A stretch of 64,000 nt of DNA from Laetmonice hystrix (GCA_965235115.1 OZ249436.1:51646001-51710000); one strand, 5' to 3'; numbered from the stretch's first letter, positions 13,201 through 24,748 are shown. Translations and numbers: made by a program. Notes: generated by a model from the sequence alone, not told the origin.

Positions 13201-16200
13201 GATAGTCGCATGTGTAAGAAGTAAGAGTATGGCTTATCAATTCGGTTCTCTTAGATCTTGATGTTATTACTTTATTGCGGATACAAGTCTAACAAGGCTG
13301 CCTTTGATATAAAATTTTTTTCAAGAATTTATTCATGTTAAGAGTACTAATTTTCGTCTTCAACACTTTCCTCAAAATAATTTGCAGCCTATGAGAAGGC
13401 TGCCTCAATGGCAGAATGTGGGGAGGACCAGTCCCATGTCTACACTGCTCTGGGAATGGTTGCATACAAAGGCGGTGATCAGGAGGCCGCAAAGCAGCAT
13501 CTCTTCAAGTGGTATGGAAAGTTATGACTTTGTGCAACCTTTGTAACTTGGAGTCATAATGATCTCCACATTGACTACCACCATTGTAGGGACACTGTAT
13601 GTATTTCCAGTACACATCGTTTTATAGAGGACTCAGATTTTACGTCATAGTGTTTCATTTGCTGGTAGATAGTCAAATAAATATCAAACCATACATGATT
13701 TGTAAGAAGTTTAACGGCATACTTTTTGTGATTGTTAAATTTGATGTGAGGACTATGGGGCTAGTTTTCTCAGGGAATCGACCTGGGAATGTGAGGTTGA
13801 TCCAAGGACTGTCTTATATTCCAGCTCCCAGGTGTCTCCACCGTCGGTGCCGGGGTTGATGGCCCTGTGCGGTGTTGGCCTCCTCCAGCGTGATATTACC
13901 CTGGCCACCGCCGTGCTCCAGGAGATACAGAAGCTGGGTCACCAAGACGACCACGCTGCCCAGATCCTTCACCTCACTGCCCAACTTATGGCACTGCAGG
14001 TACTAGTAGGCCTATAGAACACAGGGTTTGCAGATGCCTAGAAAGTTCTACAAAACCAATCAGACTCCTGGAAAATTCATGAAATGCTTTGGTTTAGAAA
14101 AGTGCATGATGAATAAATTCCTGTATGCTTGAACCGTATCATTGTCAGATGAGAGAACTCAGTTTATGAGACTTGCATACGTAATCATAAGCTGCCTTAC
14201 GAAGGGTTGGTGATAATAAGTGTCTTGAGATATCAGAATTTAAGTTATGGAAAATTGCAAACTTCATCTTATGTGTCAGAATTTCAGTATGAATTTTCTG
14301 TTCACTATTCTATTTAGTTATGACTCAAAGAGACAGCCCCAATTTTTTATAGGGCAACTCCAGCATGGCCAAGGCCCACATTCAGAAGGAGGTGCACAAG
14401 AGACCGGCCCTGGCGTCCTTCTGGAAGATGCTGGCCCAGTACCTTCTCAACCACACGCCAGAGGGCGCCCAGGTTGCTGCAACGTGTGGCCAAGCTGCAC
14501 AGAGACTTCAGTCCCACAGTGGTCGAGTAGGTGGCCTCAGTTGTTTCTACCAGATGACATACATGATTATTATACTTATAATAATTGGCAGATTTATTTT
14601 TTGTTTGTCCGAGGTTGCAGAGTTGCACTGTTGTGAGGACACCGAGAATGCAATATCTTTTGTTGCCTGCTCCCTGACCCGTTCAGTGACTAATTCCAAG
14701 GAGGATTTATGGAACTTATTAACAGCACAATTTTCTTCTAGGAGCTCTCCAACATTCAGAGCGTTGCAGCACTCGCTAGTGGATTGCATTCTCGCCAGGA
14801 TAGTAGCAACAATTCGTTCAGCTTCGTTCAGAAAGCTGTTCACCTTCACCCGGCTGAGGTTGGCCAGTGGTGCTCACTGCTCGGTGCCATTCACGCCGAG
14901 CAGGTGGTGCGGGCCTCTCTCCACAAGGGTGCGCCATTAGAGCGCACAGCACTGCCGCTTGCAGCTCATCTGATGGCTAAAGGTACTACATGTATTTCGA
15001 TATAATATTATCGAATGGATGAACTAATCCGACAATGGTTCTTCATGTGCCAGTTATCCATTTAACTTAGCAGTTTCATGGTGTGAGTTTTGGACACAGT
15101 ACAGAAATGTTGCTGAAATTGTCACCTCTTTAATATAAGAGGTAAGTGAGCCGAACATAGTATTTCACTACTTTGCTGTTATTTCCATTCAAAGTATGCA
15201 TAACATGTATGTTGTTGATTGCCTCCTTTTTTTTGATAACTGAAAAAAAAATTGTATGGCGCCACTTTGTGTTTTCAAGTGGAGTCAGAACTGAGTCAGG
15301 GCGAGGGTGACCGTAGCCACCTAGCAGCCCTCCACCTCTGGACAGTCAAACAATATGTGGTGACCTTACTCTGTCTTGGTCGTACAGAACAGGCACAGCA
15401 ATTCATGCAACAGGTACCAACATCGCCAATTTGCATGCCTGTATTAAATTTTATATCTTCAGTCGTTTTAAATGTTTATCTGGTCTTTTCAATGATAGAG
15501 TATGGTAGTACTTTAGATATTTGATACCTGCATGTAAACCTACATGTATGTTAATTAACGACATATTGGATATCTAAAGCTGCTTGTCTCTGCAGGCCAT
15601 GTGGCTATACGACAATGACCCAGCCCTGAAGGGACTGAGTGCTTTCCTCGACCAGAACTTCCGTGGTATGAGGACAGCACTGAACAACCAACAAACCCCA
15701 TTCCTCTGGCAGGTCTGTAGGGGCCCACAATCAACGCCAATAAACTCACTCCAACCTTGTGTTGTATATGTATTGCACAAGCTTTGTTACTAGTCAGCAT
15801 ATGTAGGTAAAGAGTATAATGGCAACAGTATGTACACGTAGGCCTATATAAAAGATGAGGACACAGATATAGATAGTCTGTAACATGTTTGAGTTGATAA
15901 GTGTGTATTTTCAGCTGTTGGTGGAAGGTTTGCGAGGCCAGGGTTTACTTGGGGAGGTGGAGAAGACGCTAAGACAATGGTTGCAGGCCAGTGGGTGAGA
16001 TAGCTGCATCTTTACTTACAAGTTTCTAAATGCAACAACTATTTTTGTTTATTATTTTTGCCATTGACATAAAGAAGGCTGGTAATATGTGGTAGTATTA
16101 AGCACTTTTTCTTTTTTGCCAACAGCTCAAGACCTGCCAAGCTAGTCCCACTTGTGGTGCTAACCCATCTTGCCTATTCGCAAATAATGGTAAGTGCATG

Positions 16201-18193
16201 TGTGTACCTTCTTATCATAGAAGGGGTCTACACAGCATTTCTCTTAGTTGGTCTGGTTCATTAACCCTTTCAGGGCGAAAGATGCCTTGAGGCATTACCG
16301 CGCCAGGGCGGACGATGCCTTGAGGCACTTTTTTGTCAGTACTCCGACAACTCCTCGTAAATCAGGCCCATTCCTAGCAGGGACGGTCAATCAAACAACA
16401 ATTGTTGAGTAGCTGTACCAACTCCTCCCCCATACATATTACGTTGATTGCTATTGTCTTTTAGATATTGTGTATCCAAAAATCGCGTTTTTCAAGAGCG
16501 GTACCATTGTCATCCCGAGACAAAAATCCAAAATGGCTCGCCCACGCGGGGTGGTGCACAAAACTGGGTCAGCCTCTGTGACGACTGTGACGTAACAAAC
16601 GTCGCCGGCATAGGGTTAAGCATGAATTAAGAGTGTATTTCTGCTGTGTTTGTCAGAACAGCGAGTTGTAAATTGAAGATGTTTTCTTTCAGGCTGGTCA
16701 GAAAGAGGAGAAATGGCACACACTGTTTGCTGAGGCATCAACTGAAGCATTAAAGATTGATTCCCAGAATTCTGCTGTTCACCTGATGGCTGGAGTCATC
16801 CAACTGTCTGATGGAGCTAAGAGGTAGGCTTTACTGTTGGTCCTAACTATTTTATTACCTATACTGTGCTCACTGACTTAAGTTATGCAGTATATCTAGG
16901 AAAATATGGATTCCGTCTCATTTCAAAAAGATGTGTGTAGGGGGGAGGGTCCATTGTCCTGCTCGACCACCAAAGCTCCTTTTTTAGGGGAGTGGCGGTG
17001 GCCTAGTGGGCATGGATGTCGACACCTTATGCTATGCGAATGGGTGCAGTAATCTTAGGGTCTGGGTTCGATTCCTGTAGAGGACTATACAACTTTTCTC
17101 TTTAGGGACATTGTCAAAGTATGTAATTGGATTACCCCTGATGCCCGTGCATTTCAAAAGAAAAATACAGTATACTGTTGAATAAAATGCAAGAAATTTA
17201 TGGGTCTATACATCATTTGCACCATATTTGTCTTTACTGACAACATCGCTCAAAAGACAGTATCTGAAAGGATAGGATCTTACCTTACTGTTAAGGTAAG
17301 TGCTTTTGAAAGAGAAAGAGATCCATAAAGTCTGGGATGTGATACCGATATACATGTATCAACAAATATCCTTTCTTGTGCCGAGAATACACTTATGACA
17401 ATACAACCATCACACCGTAATTTTGATTCCAGGCAAGCTAAACATAGCTTTTCAGAGACCTTGTCTATGGGCAGAGCTGGATCATTGCCTGCAGCCCAGT
17501 CAGCTGCGAGAAGACATCTACTCAACTACTTCAAGGAAAAACAAGACCAGGAAAAAATCGAGGTAATATTAATTCCTAAAATTAGTCTAAAATTTGCCTG
17601 TTTGCATTAAACAGATTTCAAGGTAGTCATGTCCTTTTTCAAATTTTGGAAAAGGTTATCTTTATATGTGACAGAAGCTTTCCAGTTCAAAGTACATGTA
17701 GTATAAAAAGGAAATATAAAAGTACAGGGTCTGTTGATTGTTTCACTTGATACTTTGGACCAATCTACCCAGAGACATTTTGAGATTATGGTTTTCTCAG
17801 GGTAAAGTTATTTGCTTGCAGTCATAAACATGGAAACTAGGTGTTATTTTTATGGTTGGTGACGACGTTATTCATGGCTCAAAGTCAAACACCAGTGGAC
17901 TTGAGGTGGCTTGCGTTTTCCATGGAGTGCAAGTTTTCTGGCCCAACTTTACCTTTTTTACGAGTCAGTACATTTGTAGATGAATGTTAGGGTAAACCGT
18001 TACAAGAATTCTGTGCAGACAGGATAAGAAATAACCAGTTTTGGACTGGAATGTGAGATATCCTTATGTTATTTTAATATAACATTATGGACGGCTTTCT
18101 CTTTTGTAGGGTCTAAGGGATGATGCGGAAGAGAACGATGACAATGACTTCATAAAATTCTATGAAGAAGTAACCAAATCCGCTGGAATATAA
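1265..18193 (+). CDS. TTC37: Tetratricopeptide repeat protein 37 / superkiller complex protein 3 (SKI3/SKIC3), 43 coding exons, ~1553 aa
   Basis: N-terminus [58 protein letters not shown] matches known TTC37; TPR repeats throughout. Exons: 1265-1351,1585-1728,2137-2228,2444-2516,2710-2838,3019-3117,3283-3397,3646-3798,3989-4090,4431-4573,4766-4852,5050-5150,5404-5521,5696-5775,6241-6340,6737-6789,7091-7198,7501-7585,7976-8007,8716-8816,9228-9330,9632-9724,9942-10034,10295-10509,10642-10703,10940-10996,11184-11252,11524-11598,11914-12055,12237-12330,12860-12934,13070-13197,13388-13511,13825-13999,14353-14526,14742-14982,15280-15413,15596-15712,15915-15994,16126-16189,16693-16823,17433-17562,18110-18193; sum 4662 nt, frame continuous, all GT-AG; AATAAA at 18615. 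A few internal boundaries may be off. Confidence 0.96.
5874..6190. mobile_element. Foldback/MITE-like element, copy 2 (TTC37 intron 14)
   Basis: Inverted arms CCGCATGGCGGCAGCACTGTGCAAGC... / ...GCTTGCACAGTGCTGCCGCCTTGCGG; shares TTAGATAGGACGACGAAATGCTAAT and the GCGCAATGG flank with copy 1, in opposite orientation. Confidence 0.75.
7639..7796. mobile_element. hAT-like MITE with 6-bp target-site duplication (TTC37 intron 18)
   Basis: Perfect TIR CAGGCCTCGAATTA / TAATTCGAGGCCTG; TCGGTA directly flanks both ends (7633-7638, 7797-7802); internal repeated GACGGCAA motifs. Confidence 0.8.
8945..9231 (+). repeat. Tandem repeat (~50-60 bp unit, ~5 copies) containing the exon-21 acceptor of TTC37
   Basis: Unit GGCTGACTATGTTGTATTTGATGTGAAGAATCTGTACTTTGTGTGTCTACATAG; 9120-9173 and 9174-9227 identical; ACATAG|GGCT at AG 9008, 9058, 9118, 9172 and the true site 9226. 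Confidence 0.95.
12353..12743. mobile_element. piggyBac-like MITE (TTC37 intron 30)
   Basis: TTAT|CCC...GGG|TTAA ends; three subterminal GATGCCTCAAGGCATC-type palindromes at 12642-12727; internal inverted repeat ~12393-12415 / 12569-12592; right end homologous to left end of 16265-16615. Confidence 0.65.
16265..16615. mobile_element. piggyBac-like MITE (TTC37 intron 40)
   Basis: TTAA TSD at 16261-16264 and 16616-16619; CCCT...AGGG termini, imperfect TIR CCCTTTCAGGGCGA / CCCTATGCCGGCGA; GATGCCTTGAGGCA repeats. Confidence 0.8.
16990..17080 (+). mobile_element. tRNA-derived SINE head / tRNA pseudogene
   Basis: Pol III A-box TGGCCTAGTGG (16999-17009) and B-box GGTTCGATTCC (17065-17075); spacing too long and no cloverleaf evident for a functional tRNA. 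Confidence 0.55.
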
Positions 18194-18470
18194 CACTTTT
18201 GTATATCTATTCTACACAAAAATGTGTTACTCTATCTGTGTTCATTAATATAAAAGTATCTGTAATCTTCAAGGCATTGATACACAAAAAATTAAATAAC
18301 AAAACGATAACAGAGCTATGAACAAGTAACCAATTCTGCTGGAATCTAACACTTTTGTATATAATATCTATTCTACACAAAAATGTGTTACTCTGTGTTC
18401 ATTATACGTACGGTATATGAAATCTTCAACTCAACATAAGGCACGATAACAGCAAACTTACGACCGTACA
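18160..18470 (+). repeat. ~156-bp tandem duplication spanning the TTC37 stop codon
   Basis: 18160-18246 vs 18316-18404 nearly identical (CTATGAAGAAGTAACCAAATCCGCTGGAATATAA vs CTATGAACAAGTAACCAATTCTGCTGGAATCTAA). Confidence 0.9.
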
Positions 18471-18633
18471 TAATAGTTGTCATGATGAATTCATACATTA
18501 AAAGAACATGCGTTCCATGTTAACTAAAGCAATATCTGGATATATCTGGAATATTTAACATGCAACATGTACATTTAACATGCAGCTTGTTTGTTTCAAA
18601 AGGGAAATTGGATGAATAAAAAAGAAAACGTAG

Positions 18634-19090
18634 CGTTTTGCACCAAGGCATGTACTAAACACAAAGTTCCCACTGATAAGGGAAGGTAAAAATTTTGCAT
18701 GCCTAGCTGACTTTCTTCAAAGCAATCCTGTCCAATTTGTACTAGGATCCCCAAAGTTTATTGATAATACAGACCTCGAGGTTCGTGAGAAAAAGCACCT
18801 TTTCAAAGGACAAGTGCAATGTACCGATGGTAGACTTACAGAGCACAGGCTCTTGTGGTTTGAAAATTATAGACCTTACGACATCCAGCGACTGAACTCC
18901 CCACAGCTCGATTTTCATGGACAATCCCTGAAGCATTGGAAGGGCCGAAACTATATGGCCGAAGTCTTCAAAAGTTTGATGAGCCCAACCTCCCGCTTGA
19001 CTAACCATAGCTGTCGAGTCAGAGGAACTTGAGTTGTTGAGAACGGGTCACTGGCACGGCTCTATTTCTGCGAATGTTTCCCACATGAAC
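18634..19090 (+). mobile_element. Decayed Crypton-like tyrosine-recombinase (DUF3504-type) fragment
   Basis: 132-codon stop-free frame 18634-19032 ending WKGRNYMAEVFKSLMSPTSRLTNHSCR, then RTGH (19040-19051) in the +1 frame; resembles Crypton GxNxLxxMMK...TNHSxR...RTGH motifs. Similarity by eye only. Confidence 0.45.
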
Positions 19091-19796
19091 AAAAAATGGA
19101 CGAACAAAAAATTTCTTTTTAAAATATTTTATTTTTGTACAAAGGTCCTAACTAAGAAATGAACAGACATGACCTAACCATGTAGGTAGCCTATAACAAA
19201 AGAATGTATGTAGTATTATACAATGAAATGGTTGAGACCACAAGAGTGCAAGTACTCTTTCCAGCAGGTCAATGTGTTGAAATATCAGTATGTAAACTCC
19301 TGCGTGAATAACGTACATACTGAGTTTTACAAATTGTATGATGAGTCATGATCTAGATATGTACTTAAGTCTGTGCATGTTTGCATGTATTCACATCAGT
19401 ATTGTATTTCTGTGATGAATCTCCCAACTGAACGCTACCCCAATAAAGGGACTTGGAATCAATACAAATAGTAAATATACAAACTTTGGTGGTACTTATT
19501 AACACACAACACTCCAAATGTCTCTAAATGGAAATACCATGACCAAATATAAAATATGACATTAGTATTTCAATTTAGTAATGTACTATTATCATTACAC
19601 CAGTACCAAGACAAGTCTCAAATAGAAACATTATTATGCTTTTTGCTAATGGTTTAGAGTGTACCAAATGCTTAACTTCCTACTCTTGAGACTCACTTGA
19701 TATCTTTTTGTAAAGAAAATGTTAAAAGAAATATCTGAAGATTTGAAACCCTTTTTTTTTTTTCAAAAAAAATATTTGCAGCTCTAAAGATGCCTT

Positions 19797-19858
19797 TGCT
19801 TACAAGAAAAAAGTCACTAAGCCGCTGTGCTTACAAGAAAAAAGTCACTAAGCCGCTG
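19797..19858. repeat. 31-bp perfect tandem duplication
   Basis: TGCTTACAAGAAAAAAGTCACTAAGCCGCTG x2, in the CKS 3'-UTR region. Confidence 0.95.
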
Positions 19859-20173
19859 CCAACCTTATATGGAAAGATGAATTGGAGCGTGTTAAGGTTC
19901 AGTGTGGCCTGTGATTACAATTTGTATGATTGTTCATGTTTCATTGATGAGCAGCCCTGCTGTCTGGCCTGCTGAGAGTGCCAAGTCCTCGTCCAAGCAC
20001 GTCCCCATCCGTTTGCCCACTTTTGGTACTCCATGGGTTGAGATTGGGGCAGTCAATCAGTGGCCAGGCACACTGACAGTACCAGTTCAGTATGAAGTGT
20101 TGTGGATGGGATGATAGGTTGCTTCCAACAGGTCCCATTCTGGACACCAGATGACCTGCGTCGACCTCTCGTT

Positions 20174-22795
20174 TTATTTCTTGATCTGATCAGAACTCAG
20201 TGGTCTCCTGAAGAGTAAGATGTGTGGTTCTGAAATAAATAAAATGTAGTAATATTGGTGACTGGATAAGAAAGTTGAAAGCTTTCAGATAAAGGACTTC
20301 GGTTTTAGAAATTTCACATAACCAATCTACAGGTTACAAATGCCAATATTATAGAACGCCGGTTTTGGGGTTGCATAAATTTTGCTTAAGATCAGGCCTG
20401 ATGTATTATAAATACAAAATTTCTACCTAAAGTCTTCAATCTTTAAATGGGCACAAAAATTTTAAATAACAGAATTCTGGTAACACAATTGACAATGTTG
20501 CAAACCTACCAACCAAAAGAATAAAGACATAAGTGATAGTAGATATCGGGTACATAAATAAGAATTGTACATGTACTAATAACTTTTTTCTTTTAAAGAG
20601 GAGTTCTACAATTTTATTTTGGCCACAGTCAATAAGATTTAGTATAACATCTTTTCCTACCTGGTTCATGCATCATGTAGTGAATCCATCCCTGGCTTTG
20701 CTGAACACCAATACCTCTCCACTCAGCCTCCGACATCAGATGAGTTTTGGGCACAAGTTTGGAGATTTCCTTTGGCAGCATGACATGCCTGACAAGTAAA
20801 TAAGGAATACTAAGTCTTCATATTTTAACAACTGCAGCCTGACAGTAAGTAGGCCTTAAACTGTTAAAGCAACATTGGTACTATATAGGACAGGGCATGA
20901 ACTCAGGAAAATCTTTCTAGTCCTGCTGGGGCAGAATTCTTAAATAAAGTGGATCCATCCATAACTTTTGGGATTCTGCCTCAGATTCACCTATCTTTTT
21001 ACTTGTCAGGTCTCACAAATCAGCTCCTTTTATTGGACCTTTTTGATCATGCTGCAACCATGATTTCTGAGGTCAAGAAGCTCTATTGGTAGACGAACAT
21101 TTCACACTCTTATGGCATGGGACGCCTTTGAGACCAGGGGCCACTTTCTTAAACCTGGTTAAAATTAACTTGCGCACAAAAAAGCAAGGTTTCAAACAGG
21201 CTCAGAGACCACAAGAGGCAAATTTATTGTGCAGTGCTGTTTTTACTACCTTGGAAAAGGATTCTTAGTCCTCCAGATGACTGCCATTTCTTTACAAATG
21301 TACAGCTTTGCACCCTTCTCAGCATATTCTCCGATGCGGCCGGATGATTACCCTGGCAGTTGGAACACTTCTCGGGGGTTCTGACAGCAGAGCCGCGCCC
21401 TCCCCACCCCTGAAAATCCACCGTCCTGCACCTAACAACCCCAAGTCCTGAACTCAACAACTACGAGTTAGTTGAACTGGTGGTATGTCAGTTTTCAGGG
21501 CTCTCAAAAGTAGCCCCCTCCCAAACCCACACCCGGGCTCGGTCGCTGGGCTCCCTCGCTGCCCTTTTCTTTCTTGTCTCCATCGAAAGGATATACTGAG
21601 GAGGGTGAAATGCTTGTGTCTTTAATAAAATCAAATGTCATCATGTGCATTGATAAAACTGACAGAAAACATTGATAAACACGTTTTCTGTGAGCTGGAA
21701 TATAAACTCGTCAGGAAGCAGGGGCAGATCCAGGAATATGGAGGGTGGGGGCCCGGGGGGGGAGCGAGAGAGGCGGATGCCAACAGCTAATTCAGAAAGC
21801 TCTAGGCCCATGAGAAAAGAAGAGAAAAAATGATGCCGGGGCAGGGGGAGGGGATCCTGATCCTCTTGGATCTGCCAAAAAAGGAACAAAATAATGTTTA
21901 GGCAGGCTCAGGAACCTTTTCTGCACTTTTTGAGACTGTCAAACCTGAATTAGCAATAGCAGTTCGAATTTAGAGTGCGAGTACTACTACTAGGCCTAGA
22001 CTATATTTAAGCCGGTATCCTATTTAGATCTAATTGCACAATTTTAATTTTAAAACACCTCCAAAAGCTAGATGTTTTCACATTTAAATTTCGGCAATTA
22101 GGCTTAGAACAGCAGAAGGCTGGCATATCTATCATGTCTATGACTATGCGTGCATTCTCGAGTCAAGGCAAATACTGAAATAGATCTACACAATCCCAAA
22201 TACACACGTCCTCGTCTGAGTCAGACAAGTTCAACAAGTAGACTATGTCAAGTCACACTGTGTCAGTGTTGAGTAGGCAGAGTCAGAGAGAGTCGGAGGG
22301 AGAGAAAAAAGCGATCACTGCCACTGGGCCACTAGAGGCCAAGATGAACTCCCGCAAGATGACCCTTCCAAGACCCGAGCCAAGGCCAAGAACATGAAGA
22401 AGGCAAGATGATGATCAGCTTGCCTTGCTTGTAAGTTGTGACTTCTTGTGTGTTGTGTATTCTATGTCCATTGTCTAACGTTAGACGTTTACATAATAAA
22501 ACTGTAAGTTTGAGTCAACATTGTGACGGTCATTGCTAGCAAAATCCAAGCAGAAGTTGTGGTTACGGCTCCCCCGATTGTAAGCAGATCATGTCATGGC
22601 GGCCGGTGCGTGACACATGCACCGCGGCACGTTTTCAAATTGACAGTCGAGACGGTCGTCGAGACAAAGCAGTTTTAGCTGTCTGGCGAAGCAAAGCGCA
22701 ACGGATTAGGTCCATATACAGTACCAGAACACTCACCGATATTCGTACTTTTCATCTGTGTACTTGTCTGAATAGTAAATTTGCTTGTGAGCCAT
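20174..22795 (-). CDS. CKS1B: Cyclin-dependent kinases regulatory subunit (CKS1/CKS2 pro-ortholog), 80 aa
   Basis: Exons 22795-22737 (59 nt), 20788-20661 (128 nt), 20229-20174 (56 nt): [80 protein letters not shown]; canonical CKS sequence and splice sites. Not present in the ORF track. Confidence 0.98.
21224..21600 (-). mobile_element. Decayed LINE ORF1/gag-like zinc-knuckle remnant in CKS intron 1
   Basis: [13 protein letters not shown]...SCTFVKKW resembles the C-x2-C-x3-H knuckle of I/Jockey/L2-type ORF1; interrupted by stops. Confidence 0.35.
21719..21876. mobile_element. GGCGGATCC-type MITE
   Basis: CAGGGGCAGATCCAGG ... TTGGATCTGCC imperfect TIR; related ends at 23184, 23307-23464, ~23580 and ~42135. 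Confidence 0.55.
22267..22520 (+). mobile_element. Possible solo-LTR-like segment in CKS intron 1
   Basis: TGTTGA...TCAACA termini, purine-rich 5' part, AATAAA at ~22495; no TSD found. Confidence 0.25.
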
Positions 22796-22820
22796 CGTGT
22801 CGGGTTTCTTTTCTTCAACA

Positions 22821-22911
22821 CGCGCGAAATTTGCTAGAATTCGACGTGTGGAGTACGGCTTGAGTGTGGAGCAGAGTCACGTTTGAATTTGGAGGGCAAG
22901 ATAGTCATTGG
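22821..22911 (-). promoter_or_regulatory. CKS cell-cycle promoter motifs (E2F, CHR, CCAAT)
   Basis: TTTCGCGCG (minus, 22821-22829), TTTGAA at 22882-22887, CCAAT (minus, 22907-22911), all within ~120 bp of the CKS ATG. Confidence 0.55.
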
Positions 22912-23183
22912 TCGATTTGGGTCACATGACTAAGTTAACTAGGCGTTTCCCCAAAAAACTCTTGAATTTAATATGCTTTTGACGAATCTATCAGACCAAA
23001 GTGACAGTATGTGCATATATTTGAAATCCAGTAAAAGAGTAAAATAAATTAAAAGAAATCTATGCCCGGTGTGTTCATGCGGCATGGAGAAAAGTAGAAA
23101 TGTAATAACCGGAAACGGAATTTCATTCTCGAGGCTGGATGAATGAAAAGAGTTTTTTTATTCCAAATCCATGAAATCACGGC

Positions 23184-23580
23184 AGTGGCGAATTCAGGGG
23201 GGTGGCACCCGGCCCGGTCCCCCTATTTTCCCAGACGCGCCTATTTTCTAGACATGTGTCATGCCCCCGCTGCCCCCCTATTGTTATTTTTGTCATCCAA
23301 TCAGACACAGTGGGGGATCCAGCACTATAGTCTAGGAGGCATTTTTAAAGCAGTTGGAATCCTAGCTGGTTTCAGGGTCCGAATAATGCATCTTCATGAA
23401 AAGGGGGGAGGGAAAGAAAAAATTAAGGGGGGCGGGCCCCTTAGCCCCCCTGGATCCCTCAGTGAACTATGTTCATATTTATCATATTTTTAGGCCTACT
23501 GCTGGAGTACTGGCTTTAGAGTAGGCAATAATGCATGTTTTTGCCCGATGGTTAAAAAAAAATCCTGGATCCGCCCATGG
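23184..23580. mobile_element. Cluster of GGATCC-terminal MITE fragments
   Basis: CAGTGGCGAATTCAG (23184); CAGTGGGGGATCCAG...CTGGATCCCTCAGTG (23307-23464); CCTGGATCCGCCCATGG (~23580); G/C runs typical of such elements. Confidence 0.5.
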
Positions 23581-24748
23581 ACGTCGATCCCCCCCCCCCC
23601 CCCCCAAAAAAATGGGTCAATGATTATCCACCAAAATGTGGGCCCCCACTTTCCTGAAATCCTGCATACGGTGCATAGACCTAGGCTACACTGAGTAGGC
23701 CTACGTATAATGCCTATGCCTATGTTTTTTCTTTTCTTTCTTTTTTGCCCCCAGGCCAAGCTATCTTTTCTTTTTTTACCATTAATCAAACTATTTTTCC
23801 CATTTCGACTATTTTTTTTTTCACATAATATAAACTATCTTTTTTTATCTAGGCTCCTTTGATGAACAAACTATTTTTTTCTGTGTTCGGTGAACCGTAG
23901 ATTTTTATATTTTGTTAAAACCATAGAACTGTAACAATTCTATGGTTATAAAACCATAGCTCCCCCGTGCGTAAATTTTTGAAACCTGCTCTGGGACATT
24001 TTTCCGTTTCGTATTCCTTCTAGTGGATCTCCTATTTGAAGCCAAGGCTCAGCCGCCATTTTGACCCAGAAAGCCTGGGAAAGTTTGTTTTGCTTCTGCA
24101 AATACCATTCTGGGGCTCATAATACCGCCCTCAAGGAACTTTTCGCAATGAAAACATAAACTTAGAGGCTCCTTATTGGCAGGTAAGTTTAATGTTTATC
24201 TCGAGTGAGCGGAGCGCCACAGAACACACAATTAATCTGTAAATTTAGATTGGATTCATGTGTACGGCGTGAACGGAGAATGTGGTTCCGTGACTTCCGG
24301 TTCTGAGAATAGATCTTGAAGTTTTGAAATCATGGCCAATATTTCCCACTCCTGTTTTATATCCCATCCTTCAAAAATTCATACTTCTTCATATGTATGA
24401 AGATAATATAAGTGTCTTTTAGATGACGCCTGGATTTAGAATCGTAGCACAAGGAGAAAGCGTGTTAACGTTCTCAATTTCAACTCAACTTCAAATCAAG
24501 ACAAGTTGAACTTGAGTTGAAGTTCAACTTTTAGTTTTAAACATAGCATTAGCATGCTATGTACAACTGCCCCCCCCCCCCCACACACACACACCACCAC
24601 CACCCCACACACACAAACTCAACTGGGCCAAGTAGAGGAGTGGGCACGCCCACTGTAATCTCTCTTACCAGCTGACTAGGCCTAAATGTAATGTAGGTGC
24701 AGATTATAATCTCACCCCATCTAATAAACAAAAAAAATAGCCTGGGCT

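Noticed and set aside
14365-14940. 191-aa ORF suggesting one long exon or retained intron
   Set aside because: It joins exon 35 to an open intron and then runs out of frame through exon 36; the TTC37-like frame needs the 14527-14741 intron.
16990-17080. Functional tRNA gene
   Set aside because: A/B boxes are too far apart, with no acceptor-stem pairing or anticodon arm evident; treated as a SINE head.
19902-20173. Coding-like frames in the CKS 3' UTR (stop readthrough or Sec extension)
   Set aside because: Stop is TAA, the in-frame extension is only 28 codons, and no recognisable domain or SECIS is seen.
23915-24130. YY1 motif GCCGCCATTTTG (24052-24063) and a 47-codon minus-strand ORF as an extra gene/promoter
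   Set aside because: Embedded next to AACCATAG inverted motifs typical of MITE ends, with no splice partner or homology; cannot be separated from repeat content.
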